Part shown: positions 55,660-64,000 of the stretch, in pieces | How positions within the stretch are numbered: the first letter of the stretch is position 1 | How the letters are laid out: each line of letters starts with the position of its first letter | Assembly: GCF_001194135.2 (NCBI RefSeq) | Contig: NC_068983.1 | Location: 79,707,752-79,771,751 of the forward strand | Source: Octopus bimaculoides | Taxonomy: Eukaryota | Direction of reading: 5' to 3' | Length of the DNA: 64,000 bases | Notes under the pieces: generated by a model | Databases searched by the model: none | Seen by the model: only the letters and a program-made list of their open reading frames with translations | Told to the model about the DNA's origin: nothing | Made by a program: the position numbers and the translations under genes

Positions 55660-56249
55660 AATTAGTTTGCCCATTTGTATGTCCCAGACATAACGAAATT
55701 ACTTAGAACTATATTTTAATAGTGTTATAATTATGATTACATATTTTAAAGTTTATATGAGCTATTTGACTTAGTATATCTTTGACAGTAGAAGCAATTA
55801 ATCTTAACATAATGAATAAGCTGTTCTTTCTTAAGAACCTTTATATTTAAAGAGTTTGAATATTCTATAAGACATCATTGAATTATGTAACAAATTTCAG
55901 ACTACATATTTTTTCATCAGGTTCAATTGTACTAAATTGTCTTTTTTCTTTTTGATGTGTGCATGTGTTGGGGGTGCATTAAGATAATCAATATTGGCTG
56001 TGTAGCCAAGAAATGTTAAAAGAATAGTGTTCTTGGGATCTTAAAGGTTGGTTTCTTGCCTTATTTTTTCTTTTTAGCTCTGTTTGCATGGCTTTAAATA
56101 AATTAGATCAATCTTCCACAGAAATAGAAATCAATCTACTGCTGGTTAATAAAATCTTCCCAGATATTTTGGATTTTATTCCAGACAACTTATGTCAACT
56201 GTAATGTGTACAACAGAGTGCTCTTCCCATTTTCATGTGATGACTTAGC

Positions 56250-56442
56250 ATGGTTGTATGGTTAAGGAGTTTAATTCCCAACTACATGGTTTGGAGTTCC
56301 ATTCCACTGCATGGCAGTTTGGTCAAGTGTCTTCTACTATGGCCCCAGCCTGACCAAAGACTTGTAAGTTGAACCAGTAGATGCAAGCTGAAAGAAATCC
56401 ACCATAGATATATATATATATATATATATATATCTATGGTGG

Positions 56443-56532
<90 letters not shown>

Positions 56533-56677
56533 GGATATGCAGGAGTGGTTGTGTGGTAAGAAGCTTGCTTCCCAACCACATAGCTCTGGGTTAAGTCCTG
56601 TATGGCACTGCTATAGCCTTGGGCCAACCAAAGCCTTGTGAGTGGATTTGGTAGACAGAAACTGAAAGAAGCCCATC

Positions 56678-56723
<46 letters not shown>

Positions 56724-56940
56724 GTATGTCTTTGTGTGTATATTTGTCCCCCTACCATTGCTTGACAACCTATGTTGGTGTGTTTACGTTCCCGTAACAT
56801 AGCAGTTCAGCAAAAGAGACCAATAGAATAAGTACTCGACTTACAAAGAATAAATCCTGGGGTCAATTTTTTTCGGCTAGAGGTAGTGCTCCAGCATGGC
56901 TGCAATCAAATGACTAACACAAATAAAAGAAGAAAAGAAT
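56250..56940 (+). mobile_element. Two adjacent SINE family A copies (5' half, then a near full-length copy from ~56538)
   Basis: Two heads separated by TA/CT/AG tracts; the second copy has the full tail. Confidence 0.8.
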
Positions 56941-57074
56941 ATATATCTATATATATATATATATATATAGATAGATAAAATTTACTTGGAAAAGGGTGTA
57001 TGGCGTTCGATCATATAATAATATAAATAATATATAGATATATGCATATATACATACATATATATGCATATATA

Positions 57075-57560
57075 CATGCATATATGGGTACAGGACATCA
57101 AAAAAATGTTAAACACAATGAGAAACGTTAACATAGAAAACAAACTTTTTTTTCAAACAACAAAAAAAAAACAAACAGAGAAACGTGACATGCAACATAA
57201 AGAATATACCCCTTCATCAGCTGTCCCTGTTTCATCTACTCCACGTTTCAAAGGTAAGGACAATACGTGACTTCGTTGAAACAGTCCTTCCCGCAAAGCA
57301 AATTAAATAAAATTTGGGATTTTTTGCGGAGGGTAAAAGTGTTAACAAGAACAGGACACTGAAAACAAGAACAGGACACTGAAAACAAGAACAGGACAGT
57401 GAAAACAAGACAGTAAAAACAAACGGTGAGGGCTGTTGAGCCAAGACAATAGAAAAATTATTATGAACGCTAAGACGACGAGCCATGAGAGGAGACAGGC
57501 AAAGGCACATCTTTTCTTTAGGAAGGAAATGGACAGAAAGATAGATCCCCTTTCGTCACA
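57075..57560. mobile_element. Penelope-like terminal-repeat fragment with internal 18-bp tandem repeat
   Basis: CCCCTTCATCAG...ACGTTTCAAAG motif; AACAAGAACAGGACACTG-type unit x3 at ~57343-57410. Confidence 0.45.
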
Positions 57561-59989
57561 TGTCAGCAACGAGAGAGTCAAGGAGGAAGAGTGAGAGAGA
57601 GAGGTAACGGTGAAGGGGAGAGGAGAAGAATAGAGAAAAGGTGGGAGTACCTTGACATAACATGATAGCTGTAAATAAGTGTTACCTGCCTCATGCCAGT
57701 GGCACATACAAAGCACCATTCGAGGTACCATCTGACTGGCACCTGTGCTGGTGGCATGTAAAAAGCAACATTTGAGCATTGGGCCTCTTGGACACAGTGA
57801 CAGGTGACAAAAACCTTTGGTGATACACCATGCTTGTGTAGACCTCTCAAGCCAAGTGAGACCATAATCATGGCTGATGCCAGTGTCAGGTCAATGGCAC
57901 ACATGCTGGTGGCACATAAAAAACATTCACTACACTCTTGGAGCAGTTGGCATTAGAAAGGGCATCCAGCCATAGAAACCTTGCCAATTGAGATTGGAAC
58001 CTGGTGCAGCCTCCCAGCTTACTAGTTTTCAGTCAAACTGCCCAACCCATGCCAGCATGGAAAGCAGACGTTAAATGATGATAATGATGTAATACATTTG
58101 TTTCCAATATTCTGCAAAAATATGTCTGGTGATGGGGAAATATGAGAGCTGGCAACAGGAAGGACATCTGGCCATAAAAAAAAATTGCATCACTCAAATC
58201 CATCTGACCAATACAAGCATGGAAAAGTGGACATTTGAATGATGATGATGCCCAAACCCACTGGTTATTTCTCTCCATATGAAAGAAATGAGTATCAATA
58301 TGTCCTCCTGTAAGGTGTCGACATGAAATAAGTGTATGTATGGCTCTAAACTCCAGCCTTTCTAACCTAAAACATTATTATGACTATTAATTAAACAAAA
58401 AAAAAAGAAGCATTTAAAACTATTATCAAAACGAAAATAATTTAACAGGTGATTTTGTTTTATTTACTCAAATTTAAAATAATTATAAAAATCATTGTTT
58501 CAAATTGTTTCTACTCTACATTCAAAAGTAAATTAAATTCACAGAATTTGTTTTGTATTAACATGAAATGAAAAATATTTCTCTGATTTAATTTAATACC
58601 AGTCAAATAAACATAAAGCAGTGTTAATTCCATACAAATGGAATGAGCTTTGTCTTACATATTTTTTAATCCATTTTCCTTAGATAGAACAGATTGGAAA
58701 TATTGTTGTCACTGTTCTATATTTAACCTCACATTTTTTACGCCAGCTCATTCAATAGTCAACTCAGTATGAAATCTATATTATGATAGGTTAACGTAAG
58801 TAGAAATGTAGGTATAGTATATTCTAATAGCACTTTTCTATCCAAACACTACAAATCTTAGAATTTTTATTGGTATTAAATGAAAAAAAGACAAGAGTAT
58901 TGAATAGCCTATTAATTACTTTTCAATTCCACTAATCTATATCAAATATTCAATTTATTATACAAATTAATTAAAACGTCATAAAAAGTTTTAATATCCT
59001 ACTTTCATGAAAAATGAAAGAAATTTACCTTAATACATTTTTATTGATAAAATTATTTAAGAATTTGTTTAGATACTTCCATTGTTATTCTGTTTTAGTA
59101 TTCATAGGGTGTTAAAGGTTGCTTTTAATATTCTTAATTATAATCTTCTCAAAGGCTAAACTTAATTTAGATTCATTTAGGCCTTAATTACAAATCACAC
59201 AGAGAGCTTGGTTATTGTTCTCAATGACCATTCTACCTTGTGTCATAACCAGCTTATTTTTCTATTATATGAACATTCTGTGTTGCTTTTAATTACTATT
59301 TCCTTTCTTACTTCAAAATTCACATTACACAGTAAATAATATTCACCCTCTACTTCTCTACTCTCCACCATCATATTGTATTTCTGATGTTTGTGAATTT
59401 TTTTGTTTCGATTGAAAAAGAATACTTTACTTGACATAATGTTTTAAATACTTCACAGTCACTCTCATTATAATTATCATTAAGGTGGCAAACTGGCAGA
59501 ATTGTTAGTGCATTAAGCAAAATACTTGGTGGCATTTCTTCCTCTGTTTATGGATTTCGAATCCTACCAAGGTCATTTTTGCTTTCCATTCTTTTGGAGT
59601 TGATAAAATAAGTACCAGTCAAATACTGGAATCAACATAATCAATTTTGCACCTTCCCCTCAAAATTGCTGGCCTTGCACCAAAATTAGAATATTTTGCT
59701 AATATTAAGGTAGTGAACAAGCAGAATCATTAGTATATAAAAAAATGCCTTTCAGATTTTTTTTTATTACTATCATGTTTTCATTGTTGGTGCTGCTTTG
59801 TTTCATACAAACTGTTCCAAGTTTCACCCAAGAACCTCAAGAGACAGCAAGTTGGACATTTTCTCTGTTGGTGTTATTCATGAATAGCAATGATATACTT
59901 TAGACAAAATGCTTAAAATCAATATTTCACAAAAAGTCTGTTGCAATATTTGCAATTTTGAAAGAGTATAAAATATTCACATATTCTTA

Positions 59990-60690
59990 GACTGACAGTA
60001 TTTTTCTTAGAATTTGGTTTGTATCCACGAGAGAAATTTATTGTTCTGATATTTTTGAGTTTCCAGTATTTGACCATGGTATTTAAAAGCAATGTTAAAT
60101 ATCACCAAACATCTGATGATCATGGGAACAATTGTTGTTTGTAGATGCCACATTTTTAAGACCTTTATTTCAAGGTCTTTGTATTTATTTAACTTTTCAA
60201 ATCATATATTTTCACAGTGATGCTGCAGTCTGCTGAGTTTGAAATATTTATGAATGAATATGTTTCATCAACATGGTTTTTCCCACACAATATATTGTCT
60301 ATTGGCCTCAATATCTCAATCAGTTCGACTACTAAAGTCACAAAGAATGGTGATATTTTTATTTTCTCCTACTTCAAGAGGCTAATATTCCTACCAGTCT
60401 TTCTCATATAGGAGTCCAAACTGATGGTATATGATCCAGTGCAAAAACTACCCAATCTATTTAGGTGATTAGTATATTCATTTGAAGATAACAAAGTAGC
60501 CTGAAATGAAGAGGTCAAATTTTTCTCTGGTTACATCATAAAAGTGGCAGGTAGGATCTGCAGCATTTTTAAGATAGTTGGCTTGACAGTTTTTAATTAG
60601 CAGACACTGATCTTGAGTGGCTATAATGAAGCTTTCTGTTTCTGATTTAAGTCCAGATACATCCAGCCTCTGATGTGTCACATCTGTATC
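59990..60690 (-). mobile_element. Fossil non-LTR retrotransposon with restriction-like endonuclease (RLE) C-terminus
   Basis: Minus strand, with stops and frameshifts: LKSETESFIIATQDQCL, ENKNITILCDF..RTD..IEANR and KMWHLQTTIVPMII. Confidence 0.7.
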
Positions 60691-61485
60691 AACATCAAAA
60701 TTGCTGGCCCTTGTTACGTATTTACTATGTAATGCCTTACTTTTCCATCACTTACACAGTTATATCATTATGAGATTCCATTTAAGTTGGCTTGTACATT
60801 TTATTTGTTTTTGCTTCCTCAGTAATTCTTCTGTTTTATTGAGTTGTATTGCAGTCTTGAGATCTTTAATTCCTTTACATATTTCTTTTGATATTGAGTG
60901 TAATTTCTTGGTGCTTTTATACATAGACAAATTTAAGTGTCCAGTTATTAGTTTTTTTTAGATAGGTATCTTAACATATGATTGTTATTGGAGACAGTTG
61001 CAGCTGCATCACTCCATGTCATCTATCCTTTTATGGGATGTATATTCTGCTTACATCTGCCTTTGGGTCATGCATGCAGTAAATGACTACTACTACTACT
61101 ACTACTACTATCATCATCACTATTTTCAGTTTTCATTATGCTGTCACACAGTATTGATGTTGTAATTATTGATTTAATTATACTTCTTATCAAACCACAA
61201 CCAGGGAAGCCATTTTTTTTTTTTAAATTCCATCTCATGAAAAAAACCTCTTTATACTGTTTATATCTACCCTTGCCTTGTATTAAGGACTTTATGGTTG
61301 ATTCTTTTCTGAACCATGTAAACAGGTTTTTTGCAGTATAACACCCTCCCAGATTAGAATCTAATATTTCAATGTTTTCTCTTAAGTTCTTTGTTAGAGT
61401 TCTCGAAACACCAATAATAATTAGTGGCAGGGTCAAGCCTTTATTAAACTTTTTTATTCCAGCATTTGAGAATTTCATACTAGGT

Positions 61486-61660
61486 GCAAGAGTGGCTGTG
61501 TGGTTAGAAGCTTCCTTCCCAACCACGTGTTTCCAGGGTTAGTCTCACTGCATGGCACCTTGGGCAAGTGTCTTCTACTATAGCCTTGGGCAGACCAAAG
61601 CCTTGTGAGTGGATTTGGTAGATGGAAATGGAAAGAAGCCCATCATATATATATATATCT
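61486..61660 (+). mobile_element. SINE family A, 5' half
   Basis: GAGTGGCTGTGTGGTTAGAAGC...GGCACCTTGGGCAAGTGTCTTCTACTATAGCC...GAAGCCCATCATATATA. Confidence 0.85.
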
Positions 61661-63047
61661 GTGTATATCATTCAACCACGATAGTGGTTGAATATATTTT
61701 TAAGTCCATCATTTCATCAGTTGCAGCTGCTTCCAAGCTTCACCACTAATTCTGTTCTCAACTAAATTGCAAACTGCTAATAGTTTTAAAGAGGACACCT
61801 CCTCAGCTACACTTTGGCATAAATAGTTTGAGATTTGGTTCAGTAGAAAAGAGGTTAAGCCAAAATATCTACGACCTCAAGGGGGGCAGTAAGGCAGATA
61901 TTCACCTTCAATTAACATAAATTTTTTAAATTTTAAATTAAAAGTATACTTTTCTTAGGCTTAAATGATAGAAAAATGCATGAGGAATTCAGAATCGCTA
62001 GTGGCATTGAACAAAAATTAGTAGAAAAAGAGTTATGAGGCAAAATGTTTTGAAATTTCATGTCAGTAAGTAAGGGAGTAACGCTTAAGCAATAAGAATA
62101 AAGAATATATTTCTAAAATGAATGTTTACTTTCTAAGGCAGCAAGCTGGCAGAAACATTAGCGCACCAGGCAAAATGCTTAATGGTATTTCATCTGTCTT
62201 TACGTTTTTGTGTTCAAATTTTGCAGAGGTCGACTTTGACGTACAGATTATTTAATTAATCTATTTTAACTAAACACTTTCAAACTTCCGATACTGGTAG
62301 AATGTGTCACATAGAACAGGGTTTGCTCTTAACGTTATTGATAAAATGTTATATTTTAGAAGTTATTTCGTCAGAAGTTACAGAGTGACAATGGACAAAT
62401 TCATGTTTGATACGTGTCAATACATGAAACTCTCAGCTTTTGACTTACTCTCTCTATCTCTAACTTCTGCCGATGATATATATACATATTACATATACGT
62501 GTAAAAAAATCTCATCACGCAATCGAACCAAATGAAAGAGGCTCTACCTGGTCACTTGACACACTGAATATAGCAGCCAAAGTATCCCCCTACCTAAATC
62601 ACACGCTCATTGTATGTAATGTCCTAGATTATGAACAATAAATAGCATTGCTAATTACCAATTAACTGCATGCTAATATTTGGTTCACTATATACCTAAC
62701 TGCCAGGGTGACAAGGGAGTATCTGTAACTTTGTGTGAAACAAATATCTCAAAGGGCTTACATGACAGGCTTTTTCCACTCACAAGGTATTAATCAACTC
62801 GAGCCAGTGGGAAAAGACACTTGCTCAAGCTAGAAGTGAACCCAGAACCATGTTATTGCAAAGCAAATTTCTTAACCACACTACCACACCTACCCCCATT
62901 CTGTTCATTATAATCTTCCACTATAGTAATATAATTGATTATAATCTTCTGCTGTAATAATTCTGTTGATTATTATCTTCTGCTATAAAAACTTACCTTA
63001 TGCCTATGTGCAATAAAATAAAAAATATCAATATCTGTATGATTTAG

Positions 63048-63121
63048 AAAGTATGGCTGAATTGCATTTTAAAAATGTTGTGAAGACTGGAGATAACCTG
63101 AAATTGACAGGGTGGAAAATG
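63048..63121 (+). CDS. Candidate internal exon, unknown protein (SMAELHFKNVVKTGDNLKLTGWKM)
   Basis: GATTTAG acceptor, strong ATG|GTAAGA donor, phase-compatible with 53955-54097. Could instead be a transposon fossil. Confidence 0.25.
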
Positions 63122-64000
63122 GTAAGACATATTTGTGACAGACAAATCAAAAGAAACTGGAGGGAGCATACAAATAATTTTAGACAAATTAATGGAAGAG
63201 AGAAGTGAAAATGATAAAGCAATGTGTTAGTTGAAAAAAAAAACTGATAAATTCTTTTGGTGAACAGGAACAACTGCAGAAAAAGTAAATTTTGAGGAAA
63301 AAAGAGGAAGGGAGGGGAAAGAAACTGCTACAGGAAGAGGAGATAGAGATCAAAGAAGACAGTTTATCTGCCAGAGTTAAAATCAAATGCAGGATATCTC
63401 CAGATTTTTTAAGGCTTTTAAAATTAAATAAAAATGCCATTATTTGATTTGACCCTAGCAATGATAACACATCAATGTGAATTTATTTTATCTTTTTATT
63501 CTTTCCTGCTAAAATGCTAACTTTCAGAGAAAAATATTCCTAATTTTCAAAGATAGTTATTAATACTCTTTTGAAAATGGTATCTTTCTTAAGTATAGAA
63601 TTCAGACAGTAAAAGAAAAGCAATTCAGTTTTGTCTGTTTTCATGCAATAGAATGTTCTTGGATTGCTGCCAGCAGTATTTTGACCAACATAAAGAGATG
63701 TATACAATGAATAATGGTTTATGTGTAAAATGGTTTTCTGATACTGTGAGCTGGAAAAGATAAAATTCAGCTTGGTGTCATTCAGGAAGAATCATTCCAT
63801 ACAAAGGAAACATGTCTCTGGGAATAAGGATTCTTGGGTTTTTATTTTTTTTTTGGTGGTGGGGATCTTGTATTCTATGGAAAATTTGTGGAATGTTAAA
63901 AATTAAACATTGGATTTATCTCTGTCTACAAGTCATCTATATGTCTACTTGGCAATCTTTATATATACATTTTAATATTCTTACTTTTAATAAACTATTT

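Noticed and set aside
60217-60411. Plus-strand ORF with a good acceptor (MLQSAEFEIF...)
   Set aside because: It is the antisense frame of the RLE-type LINE fossil.
61670-61693. 10-bp perfect hairpin ATTCAACCAC-GATA-GTGGTTGAAT
   Set aside because: Short, and lacks the CTRR end expected for a Helitron terminus; it may be chance or a SINE truncation scar.

Overview
AT-rich eukaryotic genomic DNA from a draft assembly with five N-gaps. The repeat content (tRNA-headed SINE families, RTE-type LINE ends, dense TA/CA/GA microsatellites) matches my recollection of coleoid cephalopod DNA, most likely Octopus; this is not a database result. No complete gene can be read. Nearly all ORFs in the track are microsatellite, N-gap or transposon artefacts. 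Well supported: RTE LINE 3' fragments, an RLE-type LINE fossil, a Penelope-like GIY-YIG fragment with an inverted copy, three mariner-type MITEs, a pogo/Tigger-type MITE, many SINEs, and one CpG-rich promoter-like island (~5600-5880) with NRF1-, ETS- and YY1-like motifs. The most unusual non-transposon signals are two degenerate motif arrays (TATGTTGAC x6 at 10.8 kb; a 46-bp E-box-containing unit x5 at 55.4 kb), a perfect 30-bp hairpin at 31.1 kb, and several palindromes centred on (TA)n tracts. A few isolated candidate exons are listed at low confidence. I see no convincing new multi-gene system.
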